A DNA stretch of 64,000 nt from Eledone cirrhosa (taxonomy: Eukaryota), in the NCBI GenBank assembly GCA_964016885.1, contig OZ024740.1, forward strand, positions 390,786,001-390,850,000. Reading direction: 5' to 3'. The position numbers and the translations under genes were made by a program. Shown one piece after another: positions 26,498-43,202 of this stretch (position 1 is the first letter of the stretch; every line of letters begins with the position of its first letter). The notes below the pieces were generated by a model. It was given only the letters and a program-made list of their open reading frames with translations, did not search any database and had not been told where the DNA came from.

Positions 26498-26976
26498 AGG
26501 AAAAGAATGACTTCACTTGTAGTTCTAAACAAATTGATTTAATTTTATAATATTATAATTGTTTCTACTTTTTTGGCACAAGGCCAGCAATTACCCAGTA
26601 CATTACTGGTACTTTATTTTATCGACCCCGTAAGGATGAAAGGCAAAGTGAACCTCGGCGGGATTTGAACTCAGACCGTAAAGGGACGTAACTATGCTGA
26701 AAAGCAAAGCGTCCGACTCTCTACCGATACTGCCAATCCACAGTAGATCTAGTAAGTTCTTTGTTAACTTCGATGGGAAGATTTTTAAAGATTCCTGGCT
26801 AACTTTCCTGGAGAACTTTCTCGCGTTCGTCGATGGCGATTGTCAAACTGAGATCAGGTTGTGTTGTGATGTGTGACTATATATATAAGAGAGATTTGGA
26901 TGTCTGGGAGTGTGGTGCGGTGTTAATGAGTGTGGAGTGAAGGAGTGTTGATGAAGATTTAAAGGAATTAAAGCAT

Positions 26977-27007
<31 letters not shown>

Positions 27008-27193
27008 TATATACACCGAAAATGCTAAATCGACGAACGCGAGAAAGTTCTCCAGGAAAGTTAACCAGGAATCTTTAATAATCTTCCCACCGAAGTTAAC
27101 AAAGAACTTGCTAGATCTACCAACTCATAATATTATAATATTATAAAATTAAATCAAATTTTTTAACACTACAAGTGAAGTCATTCTTTTCCT
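26498..27193. repeat. Inverted-repeat element whose left arm is interrupted by a SINE
   Basis: 26498-26557 plus 26744-26834 is the reverse complement of 27029-27193. The SINE occupies 26558-26742. Confidence 0.8.
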
Positions 27194-27223
27194 TTTTTTC
27201 AAATATAGCTAACTGTACCAAGG

Positions 27224-27757
27224 ACTTGTATTGGTGTTCATCCCTCTCATATATTCAATTGTATTACACGGCTCTGAAAGATTCCCTTCCTTGAGCTATT
27301 TAATTGTAAAAGACTATTTTGAGTTTCTAACTCAATATATGATATCCTCGGCTTCATACGTAGAGCTAACTTTAGTCCCATAAAACCGGCTGCTATTTTT
27401 AGCGGCACGAGTATGAGACACGTTAGGCGCTGTGGCATGTGCGTTCACCCACACAAAGTTTCAATGTTCTTAAATCTTTTGAAGTGAAAGGTACGAATTT
27501 CCTGGATACCCGCAGAAGAGCACGGGAATAGTGACTTTCACTTAATAATTGTTGCGAAACAGATTTAGATCTGTCCGGGTATCAAACGGCGATTGCCCAA
27601 TATAGGTTTGTTATTTTTATTGATTTATTACTTTAAATCGAGACAGGCAAACCATATTGTTTTAACTAAGTATTTTTCAACCTAGCTAACTTGGTCATTT
27701 ACAATTCGAACACATGTATACTTGTATTGGTGTTCATCCCTCTCATATATTCAATTG

Positions 27758-27760
<3 letters not shown>
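27224..27760 (+). mobile_element. 496-bp retrozyme-like unit with ~40-bp terminal direct repeat
   Basis: ACTTGTATTGGTGTTCATCCCTCTCATATATTCAATTGTAT occurs at 27224 and 27720. The unit contains a full type I hammerhead. Confidence 0.7.
27505..27583 (+). ncRNA. Type I hammerhead ribozyme with stable stems I and III (U4-to-A core change)
   Basis: GATACCCG-CAGAAGA-GCA...TGC-GAAA-CAGAT ttag ATCTG-TC-CGGGTATC. Stem I is 8 bp, stem III is 6 bp, and the cleavage triplet is GTC. Confidence 0.8.
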
Positions 27761-27847
<87 letters not shown>

Positions 27848-27983
27848 TGTGTGTGTATTCTAATACTGTACCGATTGTGTTGTTTACCTTTTACATACAT
27901 GCATACATACATACATACATACATACATACATACATACATACATACATACATACATACATACATACATACATACATACACACA

Positions 27984-28692
27984 TGTAGTGGCCAAAACAC
28001 TGTACAATGCAATCCGTAGAAAAGATAGCCCCGATAATAAAGACATTAAAAACTACAGCAATGTGGAAGACATACATATACATAATATGAAAGAGTTCTG
28101 GTGGAATGTTCCAGTAAAAACCCCAATAAAATGCAGGTATAACAGACCAGATATTATGATATGGGACAGGGAGAAGAAAGCATGCACAGTAGTGGAAGTT
28201 AGCTGCCCAGTAGATGCCAATATAATATCAAAGATTAGCGAAAAGGAGAATATTTATGCAGAACTGATGAGAAATCTGCAGATACTCCACCCTGATTATA
28301 CCTTCAGATTTATGCCTGTGATTATTGTGGCACTGGGATAAGTTAGTAAATGCCTCAATACAAATCTTGGGAAGCTAGGCTTCACAGGAACAGAAAGAAC
28401 ACAACTAGTTAGGAAATTACAAGTACAATCCATTAATGGAACAGTAAAAATATGTAAAACATTCCCAAACCTTTGCATCTAATAACTGCATATACACATG
28501 TACAGATACAAAGCATACACACATGCACATACAATAACATCCATACCCACACATACCCACACATGCATGCATGCAGACATGCATACATATCTATCTAATT
28601 GATGTTGCGTAAATTCCAATGAGAGAGTCTTGTAACTATGTTAGAAGCCGACTTTCTCTATTGACAAAAATTTGTGAAATTATAAAACCAAA
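27984..28692 (+). mobile_element. R4/Dong-like non-LTR element 3' fragment (RLE endonuclease)
   Basis: YNRPDIMIWD...VVEVSCP...EKENIYAEL...PVIIVALG. Flanked on both sides by (TACA)n. Confidence 0.82.
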
Positions 28693-28799
28693 ACATACAT
28701 ACATACATACATTTATATTTATATAAACGGCCATACATATCTACATCGAACCATATCGATTTCTTATATATTTAACTTTACATGAAACATCAAACCGTA

Positions 28800-29540
28800 A
28801 ACAATATGCTTTGACCAACACCGCCTCCCCTGCTTCCGTTCCGCTTCGCTGCCCTTCTCATGAACCGGTGCTCTTCTTAATAACAATTGCACTCGCATCG
28901 GAGTAGCCCAACCTTTGCCTCCGCGTATGAGCCGCGCAAATGCCGTTGTGGAGCTGTCGTCGACGAGTTCGGCCTGCGCCCACAATCATGCCGCCAGAGC
29001 GCAGGCCGGTTCACCCGACATACCGCTCTGAACGACATAATGAGAAGGCGCCTAAATGCAACTTGCTTCCCGTCACAATTTGAACCTGTAGGTATCGACC
29101 GCGAAGACGGCAAGCGCCCAGACGGAATTACCCTCTTCCCATTCGATGGAAGTGTATCCCTTGTCTGGGACGCAGCGTGCTGGGACACGTTCTCCACTTC
29201 AAACCTAGTCGCTTCAGCCCCAATCCCCGGTATCGCGGCCCGCAATGCAGAGAGCAGGAAGATAAGAAAATACCGGGTCTTGTCCTGCTGCTTCTTCCTT
29301 GCACCGATCGCGGTCGAGGATTCAGGCGTCCTCGGACCCCGTACAGCTGACCTACTCCGTAAAATCGGAATGACAGTAGCCCGTCTGTGGAAGGAGCCCC
29401 GTCCCATGAAGTTGGGTAGCTGTTGCAGCGGGTGCCGCTACCTATTGTCCACAGCAAAGCCCTGCCATTTCATCCATGAGACGCAGTCGAAACACCGCTC
29501 TGTCTTAGGTTCCTCAACCTCTCCCCTTCCCCCTTCTTTC
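28800..29540 (+). mobile_element. CRE-like non-LTR element 3' fragment (zinc motif and RLE)
   Basis: CRCGAVVD...SC...RHTALND...EPVG...GKRPDGITL...LVWD...KIRKY...PIAVEDSGVLG. Confidence 0.82.
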
Positions 29541-30360
29541 GTTGCTCAACAATCATTGCCCTTTCCCTTCTTTTCCTCTCTTTTATTGTTTTGTCTTTTT
29601 TTCTTTTGTTTCTATTAACTAGTCCTATCAAGATTAAAACAATAATTTTTTCCGATTAAATATGGTAATGATAGGATAATTCTAAAATTATTGTAAATTG
29701 TTGGTTCTTTAATGAATTATCCTTATTATAGAAATTAAATGTCTTATTCAAGTCAATATCTCTACTGCCAACAAAATGTATAACTTTTGCATATATCTAT
29801 CAATATAACCCACAGGATTTCCCCATTTAATTTTTTAGTTTTTATTTATCTGCTTTCTCCATAACTTAGGAGTTGGCAATAGGTTCAAAGTCAATGACCA
29901 ATTACGTACTAGTGCCGTTTTGTATGAGAGGATATCAACATTTAATCGACTCAGGCAGTCTTTTTTCTCTTATAGATTTTTCTAATATCGCCATAAAACT
30001 ACATTTTGTTTCTTTGTTAGAATTATAATGCAATGTTCTAAAATACTGAATAAGGAGAGAAATGTGTAAGAAGCATATAATTGATTTAGCTATTTTAATA
30101 TTTTTTAGTTCCGCCTATTGATCAAACGTTGATTCGATAAAAACTCAAAGAAACTATGTGAAGTTAATGCATTCTTCTGTACTGCTGTGTATTACCACTA
30201 CGGATCATTGATAAATTACCCTGAAGGCTTTCAATTTTAAAACCAATAGGAAATGAGATCCTAAAATTATTCAAACGTTAGGTATGTTTTGTCGTTGAAG
30301 TTCTTTTAAGACGATTTATATTGCATGAATTTCATACGAAATATTCTATTTTCTGATATA

Positions 30361-30850
30361 CGAGGTTTGTCCTAAAAGTAAAGGAACTGATGTTTTATTT
30401 AAATGTATATTAGACATGCATGAAATTACAAGTTATCGTCTTCAAAATACGACCTTTGGGAAGTCCCACAGTAGTTTCAACGTTTTGTCCATTGATCATA
30501 GCAGTACCGAAAGTCGTTTTCTGTAAGTGTTCTTCGCTCCTCGGTTACAATATTTTGTAAGTTTTTTAGTCCTAAAATGATGACCCTTCAACTTCGATTT
30601 CAACTTAAGGAAGAGGTAGAAATCACACGCAGCTAGATCTGGGGTGTAGGGAGGATGTGGGAGAGTGGGAATGTTTTTCTTTGACAAATTCTCGAATTGA
30701 AAGTACTGTGTTTGAACACTACTTTTGCGCAAATCTTTCGCGTGTGAAAATGGTCTGTTAAAATTCTGTGAACTGTATTTTATCCAAGTATGTTTCTTCT
30801 GCAATCACCCTAACACTTAATCTGTGATCTTTCTCCCTGACCACTCGCAC
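30361..30850 (-). mobile_element. mariner transposon 3' fragment
   Basis: HPPYTPDLAACDFYLFLKLK. TIR-like TA-CGAGGTTTGTCCTAAAAGT. Confidence 0.85.
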
Positions 30851-31933
30851 CATTTTCATAGGAGAAATATCTAAAGAATAAAAATCAATTCCAGAAAGTT
30901 AATTTACATGCTTAGGAGAAAAAAATCCGGATCTTTCTTTGCAGATACCAAACGTATTTCGGCCCCGCACAAAACTTATTATATGTAATCTATTATGGCT
31001 TGCAAGATCAGTTAAAATTGTCACAGTTATTTACTTAAATTAGATTTAAGCTTTTCATAGTAAAGTACCTGGTAGATTAGCGGTACCATTAGAGCGCCAG
31101 ACAAGATTACTAGCTGGTATATATTTACGGTCACTTTTACGTTCCAATGCCGATTAAGTACCAATAATACTAGCATCGATTTAATCGAGTGTCCATAACC
31201 AAATGTATAGCTCTTTAGTAATAGTAGAGATAACTATTAAGAGTTTGGAAACTGTATTCGATAAGCAGAATCGGCATAGTGTCAGAAACAATAATATGCA
31301 ATATTTAATTATATAGTACTTTATATTAATAAAGTACGATATAATTTACTGTTTCCACTTTTATGTGTGACATGTGCTTGAAAAGTTAAAGATGAGCAGT
31401 GAAACTATTTATATAGGGCTGTACATTGTAGGATTTATTTGCAGACCTTTGCATTCAATATTCAAATCCCCCTCAAAATTGGGTTATCTTTTATATCATT
31501 AGATACGACAAAAATAATGATCAGGAGCCTACTGTATGGATCTAATTATCTATACGTCTTTACTGTAAATGTATCTCTTTTACTAACCAAATATGAGTAT
31601 AGAAATTGATGCGAAATCCTACATATCTTATTGTTTTTGCTTTCATATTTTAGCGATAAGTGTCAAGTTCCATCAAAGCAATCACTACCAGTCCTTTGCT
31701 GTGAGTAATCAGCTGTACACCTTTCCAATATTATATTGTGGCTATAATTGTGCCAAAGTAAGAAATCAATACAAATTATGTAGTATTAGCGATCGTCCTA
31801 AAAATGGTTGGGAGTCGAATTTACAATTTCGTTCGGTGACAATTTACATTATTTGGTAATTTACATTATTGACGGCACATATCCCACACATAATCTAAAC
31901 ATCATTTGAGACTAAATGAAGAGAAAAATGCAA

Positions 31934-32075
<142 letters not shown>

Positions 32076-32841
32076 TGATTTTTAAGTAAGTCTTCTGCAT
32101 TTGTTCTTGATTTACACTTAAGATACATTTCATCCTTTTGATAGATTTCATACTTACAATTTATATAACTGCTGGGAGATGCCTTTGTTCATCACTGACA
32201 TCATTCGTTGTTTGTTTTATAATACAATCCCTATCAATAAGTCATTTATAGTCACCTACATATTAAAAGATAAATATTGAGTCATGCGTGTTGTTAGAAT
32301 ATAAACATTTATTTGTTAATGATTTTACATTCCTATATAATATATAGGATCTATATATTATATATATATTGTTTGAAAAAGATAATAATTGCAGTCTTCT
32401 GTCATAAACTTACACTCGCTAGTTTGGTAAACGTATTGATTTTTATATTGGCAAAAGCTTAACAGGGATATGTACAGTCAATTCATTCTATCTTAGATCA
32501 TATCTGGTACTGATTATTTGAGACGAGATTAATCACTGCATGGCAAATTCTTCAGTTCTCTACCGTTTGACAATGAAAATATTAGATCCACAAATATTAA
32601 TCGTACTATTTTGTACGTTAAAATATTGTATTTTTTATCGTTTAGTTGGGGAGGGAAGGGCAGTGCACATAACTCTTTTCAGGGCTTCCGAGACTGGTAG
32701 TGGGGAGAGAGAAAGATATCCTCATACCAGAGACCTGGATCTAATGCTCGCAACAGAGTATACTCTGCTAAAGCCGAGGGTTAGATGATGGGGCTTTATC
32801 CAGTTGACCAATTAAGTCTACCAACCACGTGTGACACGGCT

Positions 32842-32897
32842 AGAAGAAGAAGAAGAAGAAGAAGAAGAAGAAGAAGAAGAAGAAGAAGAAGAAGAAG

Positions 32898-32926
<29 letters not shown>
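32842..32926 (+). repeat. (GAA)n microsatellite, possibly a LINE 3' tail
   Basis: Direct observation. Confidence 0.9.
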
Positions 32927-32928
<2 letters not shown>

Positions 32929-33667
32929 GGGTTTTTTATTGATTTTTACTGCTTCTTTATTCTTTTTTCACTGGGTTTTTTTTACCACACATTCTACTAC
33001 CTTTATTATGTATATCGTTGTTATTATTATCATTTTACCTTTTTGTGTGATAAGTGTAGAAGGTAGTGTGGGAAATGGTGAATATAGAAGCTAGGACGGA
33101 GATGAACGAAAGTGCGGGAAGGGTTGATCAAAATATTTTGGTAAATCCAGATCAGTTGAAATAGGAGGGAGGTGGTTAGGATTATGAGATGAAGTAGGAA
33201 ACAATTTCAGTTTATTAGTTTTTATCTCTTCAGTTTATTATAACCTACCGTAGCCATATTGTTGACATTCCTCGATTTCGTCTGTTTGCTGGAGAGATCC
33301 ACAGAGATCGAAGCATACCCTCAGTTTTCACCAGTTGTAATTTAATATAAGATCCAATCAACTTTGCACATTTTTTCTAGGATTTCGATTTTATATCATT
33401 GGAAATATTTCAGTTCATTTATTTCGATTCTTTGATTTTCAATACGTCTAGAAGTATTTAAAGACGAATAGGTTAGATAAGCTCAATTAAACGAATGTTT
33501 TCAACTTGCTGTATTACATCAACGAATTTTTTATCGGATCACCAATAAAGCAATATTTTTGGTGGATGAACGTCATCAATATAAGGCTCAGGCCAGAAAG
33601 CTGCATGTTGTTTCTTGTTGTGTAATCAATAAAGCAGTATTATTGATGTATGGATGCTACGAATAAC

Positions 33668-33962
33668 GAGTTGTTGCTCAAAAATATTGTAATCATATCG
33701 TACATTCTGTGGCATCCTTTTATAAAAAAGAGATTCATAACGAACTCAAGACGAGACGATAATTATTTAAGTGAATTTATAATATAGAATTCGGTTTAAG
33801 TGCATTTCGTATTAATCATTAATAAACATCTAATATGAGATATTGAACATTAGCTTAAATAATTATCGTGTCGTCTTGAGTTCGTTATGAGTCTCTATTT
33901 TATAAAAGGATGCCACAGAGTGTACGATAGATAATGATTACAATATTTTTTAGCAACAACTC
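33668..33962. mobile_element. MITE-like fold-back element with ~105-bp inverted arms
   Basis: 33668-33772 is an imperfect reverse complement of 33854-33962. No clear TSD. Confidence 0.7.
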
Positions 33963-34319
33963 TAGTCCCACACTTTTGAATGTTTATTATAACATTCTGT
34001 GGTCGATAAAATAAAGTACCAGTAATAGACTGGGGTAATTGCTGGCCTCGTGTCAAAAGTAGAAACAATTATAACATTCTGTGGCTCTTTTGAGCTTGCA
34101 CAATTTTCAAGTCTAGTTTAATATTTTTTTAAGGCAACGCTTGTAATAACTCTAGTTAAACATGATATATATTAATAATAAATTATCGTTGTAATGTAAT
34201 TAGATTTTATAATTGTTATTTTATAAATGATCTTATAAATATTATTGTAAGATGTATAAAAATATTTTCAGACTTTTAATAGTTAATATAAATTTTAAAA
34301 ATCATATATAAATTAACAA

Positions 34320-34495
34320 TATAACTTACCAAAACGAGAAAAATATTTTGATGATAAAACGACGAAATACTGGAGGAAGATTCGAAAGCGAAACGATAAA
34401 TAAACGTGGAAACAAAGTGGCGGATGGTTTTGAGCAACAATTACTCTCGTTGGTTGATTAGCCAATAAGACGATGAAATTAGCCAATAAGGCGAT
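34320..34495 (-). promoter_or_regulatory. Candidate promoter / first-exon region
   Basis: TTAGCCAATAAG (CCAAT box) repeated at 34458 and 34479. Minus-strand donor-like GGTAAG at 34325-34330. Sequence does not look repetitive. Confidence 0.3.
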
Positions 34496-34891
34496 ACATT
34501 ACAAAAAGCAAAAGATGTTTGGGAGGCATCACCACGGCCAGCGATACCCCTTGAAATTTTTATTCACAAGCTACGCATGTATGTCAGTCAACACACAGAC
34601 ACGCAGACTTAAAACATTCTGTTGTTAGTCACTGCGTGTCTAACAGATATATGTATATATATATTTGTACATATATATACACACACACACACACATGTAT
34701 ATATCTATACATAAAATGTCAATTATTGGTCAGTACTTCAGTCAGTCTAAAGTCCCTAGGGAGAATGAGTCACAAAAATAATTGTTGCACAAGTTGAAAA
34801 CATGTATGTATACATACATATATAAATCTATACACATGTACAGCACACACATACACACAATCCCCCACCCTATATATATATATATATATAT

Positions 34892-35350
34892 AATGTGTAA
34901 TAAACAATACAATATAATTACTTCATTACCAGAGGTTTCTCGGATAAGACGAATACAAGAAACGTCCTCATTCGTTCGTCAGACAAGGCAATTTAAAACA
35001 TAGTAAAATATTTGAAAAAATCTCCTCAAGAAAGGCAAAAGTTTAACGGGCAAAAAAAATATATAAATAAAAGTAATGCAAGAGATATATAAAAATAAAA
35101 TAAGGAAATATAGTAAGGGTATGTGTATAAATGTGTGTATATGCAGCTACAAATGTACATATGTGTGTATGTACAAATGCATGTGTATAGTGAAAAAATG
35201 TGTGCGTAAGTACATACATGAGGGCAAGCATATCAGTGTATGTGTGACCATAAATACGTATATAATATATGTTAAAAAAAGAAATTGTAAGATAATAGAG
35301 TTAGCGTACATACAGACTCAGGGACTAAGGGACTAAGGATTGAAATATAT
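34892..35350 (-). mobile_element. Solo PLE terminal repeat with hammerhead (34921-34988, minus)
   Basis: Minus strand CTGACGA-ACGAATGAGGACG...CGTCTTATCCGA-GAAA-CCTCTGGTA. Homologous (inverted) to 42240-42648. Confidence 0.8.
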
Positions 35351-35360
35351 ACAGATACAA

Positions 35361-35401
<41 letters not shown>

Positions 35402-35947
35402 TACAAGTATATATATATATATATTGAGTGAGTGAGAAAGACCAAAGGTCATTATTGAAAGTTTCTGGGTATGTATATTTCGCAATGTACTTTATATTTT
35501 TATAGGAGAAGGTAAGAATAGTCACTTGCATACTCTATTCTCAATAACATTATACTATACATTCACAATTATTTAATATTCAATTATAAACATTCAGTAT
35601 GAACATTTAGAGTTAATGTATACTGCCAGTAATGTACAGTATTTAGTAAACAAATTAGTAAAATATACATTTTTTCAGCAAAAATTTGATTGCACTGTTT
35701 TGTTTCCATTTACGTATTTTTTTTAAATGTTATTTATTCATTATAAAAATCAAATGATACCATTCTATATATGGGTGGGTTCCCTTTATCTCCTGGCAAC
35801 CAATATTTTTAGACCCAGTTCACCATTGCACGTGTGTATATATGTGTGTACGTGACTGAATGTGTGCATGTCTGTGTGTGCATGTATGTGTGTCTATGTA
35901 TGCCGTGTGTATATATGTGTGTACGTGGCGATACGTAAGTGATTGTG

Positions 35948-36066
<119 letters not shown>

Positions 36067-36354
36067 GTGTGTGTGTGTCTGTGTATAAAGTCGTGGTATG
36101 CTGTGTCGGCCAAGATTAAAGGATTCATGGTTTCACAGAAATATTCACGCTATACTAACACGTCTGTTTACTTTTCTACCATTATCATTTCAATTCTTTT
36201 CACCGTTCTTCCTCTACCTTCTACCGACATGTTTAGTTATCGCGGCCCTCTTGACACAAATAGATTTTATTACTCGGAGCACTCCTAAAAATTTCTGTAT
36301 TATTACTTCTTTATATTTCTAACGACCTTTTATAGAAACTTATAGAAACTTATA

Positions 36355-36420
<66 letters not shown>

Positions 36421-36423
36421 ATT

Positions 36424-36459
<36 letters not shown>

Positions 36460-36462
<3 letters not shown>

Positions 36463-37272
36463 AGTATGTATGTATACGTACATACATATATGTATACAGA
36501 CGTACAGTAGCATGCACATATATATATATATATATACACATATATACATACAGGTACACATACATATATGTACGTATCAGTTTAGCGGACGCTTATTATA
36601 ACGCCCGCTTTGTTCGTTTGTAAACAAACTGAACAGCCTGAATTTATGCCGTACGGTGTTAAGGCAACCACGTCACCTTTTTGTTCAACACTGACACAGG
36701 AACGATGTACTAGTTTCAAGCTTGTTAGCTATCATCAGCACCGTATACCCTTCTGCCAGATGGTTGAACGTTCGAAAGTATATACTTTCCTTATGAAAAT
36801 TAACGGCTGAGCAGCCTAATTTGCATATCGAGTGAGTTATGTCGGCCAGGCGTACCGAAAACGATAAGTTGTAATAAAATGAAAACGAAATTTCATTTCT
36901 CACTCTTAGTACGGCACTTACTTAAATGTAAGTATGTATGTATACGTACATACATATATGTATACAGACGTACAGTAGCATGCATATATATATATACACA
37001 TATATACATACAGGTACACATACATATATGTACGTATCAGTTTAGCGGACGCTTATTATAACGCCCGCTTTGTTCGTTTGTAAACAAACTGAACAGCCTG
37101 AATTTATGCCGTACGGTGTTAAGGCAACCACGTCACCTTTTTGTTCAACACTGACACAGGAACGATGTACTAGTTTCAAGCTTGTTAGCTATCATCAGCA
37201 CCGTATACCCTTCGGCCAGATGGTTGAACGTTCGAAAGTATATACTTTCCTTATGAAAATTAACGGCTGAGC
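36460..37272 (-). mobile_element. Tandem 460-bp hammerhead-containing units (retrozyme-like), ~1.8 copies
   Basis: Period 460. Minus-strand hammerheads at 36704-36742 and 37164-37202. Homologous to 61501-63046. Confidence 0.85.
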
Positions 37273-37274
37273 AT

Positions 37275-37315
<41 letters not shown>

Positions 37316-37321
37316 TGTATG

Positions 37322-37354
<33 letters not shown>

Positions 37355-37386
37355 GTATGTGTATATATATATGTATGTGTATATAT

Positions 37387-37420
<34 letters not shown>

Positions 37421-37539
37421 TTATATATATGTAAGTATATATATATATGTATGTATATATGTATGTATATATATATAGGTATGTATATAGATATATGTAT
37501 GTATATATATATATGTATGTATATATATATATATGTATG

Positions 37540-37575
<36 letters not shown>

Positions 37576-37585
37576 TATGTATGTA

Positions 37586-37618
<33 letters not shown>

Positions 37619-37622
37619 GTAT

Positions 37623-38029
37623 GAGATGACCCCTTAGCCTTTGTCAAGGCAGAATTCTAGGAGAAGGAAAACTCTGATATAACACCTGCAACCCTGATGG
37701 TATCCAATGATGTTGACTTGTTCTTCTTTTTGGTAAATATCATCTTGGTTAAGGGAGTGGGACTGGCTTTGTGCAGTGCCTTTTCTCACTATAAAAGCTT
37801 CACGGCACAGGCATTGCTTTATATCTGGAGATCTCTCTGCACTTGTCGTCACATGGCACCATGGGCCCAGCACTATGTGTCAATAATTGTCACAAGTGTA
37901 ATGTTTGTACCAGAGTTTTCAAGTCGCTGACTGGACTAAAAAGTCACACTCGTTCAACGCATCGGTAGGAGTTCTCCTACATGGATATAAAGTAGTGGCC
38001 GTACTCGAAAACGAGTTGGCAGCCACCAT
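37623..38029 (+). mobile_element. 5'-truncated copy of the bipartite RTE-derived short element
   Basis: Matches 63254-63660. Sits within (TA)/(TATG) microsatellite. Confidence 0.88.
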
Positions 38030-38232
38030 ATGTATGTATATATATATATGTATGTATTTATATATATATGTATGTATATATATATGTATATATATATGTA
38101 TGTATATATATATATGTATGTATATATATATATGTATGTATATATATATGTATGTATGTATATATACATATATATATATATGTATATATATGTATATATG
38201 TATGTATATATGTATGTATGTATATATATGTA

Positions 38233-38334
<102 letters not shown>

Positions 38335-38344
38335 TGTATACACA

Positions 38345-39660
38345 CAACTGTCAAGGAGATAAAGCTATACTCTCCAATAAGGACTCCGACTATCGCACAC
38401 GTTTACGTAGTAATAGAGACAAAAGACATAACGCCAATAGATTAGTAGGAACCCCTATGACACATACGCCTGACCAAAACGCACCCACACTACCACCTAA
38501 TCACAAGAGCCTCACTAAACACCGTAGAACCCGAAGTAGACCTGTCACATGGTACAACGCCCCGTATTCTATACACGTTGCCACCAATATACCGGGAACC
38601 TTCTTCAAGGCTCTTGAACAATCTTTTCCACACACACACATAAATACCACAAGCTCTGCAATAGACACACTGTAAAATTCTCTTTCTCCACAGCACCAAA
38701 TCTAGGCCACACAATAGCACACACTAATAGGACAATAATACGCAAATACATGGTTGCCCCACAACAAACCACTACCACAACCCAGAACGAAACCACATAC
38801 ACAACACAACACAACAACCCACATGCCAGCTCAACACATCATAACACCACCGGCAACGTGCCGCCACACCGGTAACACCCAATTGCAACTGCAAAATACG
38901 GGCTGAATGCCCACTAAACGAGGAGTGCCTCGTTAAAAACATTGTTTACCGGTGTGATGTCACAGCTGGCAACAAAGAGTACTCATATATAGGTGTGACC
39001 TCCACTATGTTTAAGGAGCGCTGGTATAACTATAGATGCTCCTTTAAGCATAGGCTGAAACGATCCCAAACTAGACTGGCAGATTTGATCTGGGACCTCA
39101 AGGACAGGAACATCGAATCCCAGATCACTTAGTCAGTCAAAAGACGCGTGGCGCAACTCCCCAGTGACAGAAACCACTGCAGGTTATGCCTGGCCGAGGC
39201 GGCAGAGATTATTAAATTAAAATCTGCCATAAACTATAGGTTGGACATAATTATCAACTGCAGACACACCAGGTTGAACACATTTTCTGCACAAACATTC
39301 GGCGGAGGGCCGCACACTAACGATGACCGAACATAATAATAACCACTCTTACCCCGTCTCACCATCCCTCATCTCAGTGAATTTATTTTATTGCATGTAA
39401 CTCTTTGTAAGCCCATATTTTGTATATCATGCCGCATACATCACCCCCACCAAAAGTCACATCGCCATACACCCCTCATCTTTGTAACATTGTGTTCTAT
39501 CTGTCCTCTCCGTCAGGTTTTACCTTGTAATCCATAGTAACATCTGATCCTGCAAATATAATGTCGATCATACCACCCCATCGCACACATCGCTATATGT
39601 CTACCATCCCACACCCGCAACCTTATTCCCCCGTGTTCCCTCTGTCTACCTACAACCCCT
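38345..39660 (+). mobile_element. Penelope-like (Naiad-like) 3' fragment with GIY-YIG endonuclease
   Basis: [29 protein letters not shown]...YIGVTSTMFKERW, WDLKD, CRLCLAE. Frameshifted. Confidence 0.8.
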
Positions 39661-42784
<3,124 letters not shown>

Positions 42785-43154
42785 TTAGGTTAATAGGAGT
42801 TAGGTGTATATTGTATGCCCTTTGTGTGTGTGTAGCCTCTGCACACCCTCTGCACCCTACTATCGACGCCACCCCATCTATGGTTCAGCTAACCACTCGA
42901 CTCCCGGGAATGAATATGACCGCAGCTAGTAAACAAGGACCCACACCCCACCCTCCCGCACCAAAATTAGACTTATCGTCCCCTACTTTTGCTCTTTACT
43001 CTCTTTACTCTTTGTTATTGAATGTTTGGTTGGTAGAGTCCATAACACCAATCAAACCTCTTTTATAGCTCTGACGAATCCTACGGTTACGTAAGGAAGA
43101 AACATTGTAAGCCAATAAAAATCTTTTGATGTTGTAGACGCTCTTGTGTTCTTT

Positions 43155-43158
<4 letters not shown>
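42785..43158 (+). mobile_element. PLE terminal-repeat fragment with hammerhead (43068-43112)
   Basis: GCT-CTGACGA-ATCCTACG gtta CGTAAGGAA-GAAA-CATT-GTA-AGC followed by AATAAA. Confidence 0.78.

Positions 43159-43199
<41 letters not shown>

Positions 43200-43202
<3 letters not shown>

Noticed and set aside
29700-31860. Host coding exons in the AT-rich unique-looking sequence
   Set aside because: Only short open frames, with no recognisable protein motif or consistent splice phases.
36610-36810. Repeated 66-aa ORF (MFVCKQ...) in the 460/468-bp units as a gene family
   Set aside because: It has a non-ATG start and no recognisable motif, lies antisense to the hammerhead, and recurs only because the unit is repeated.
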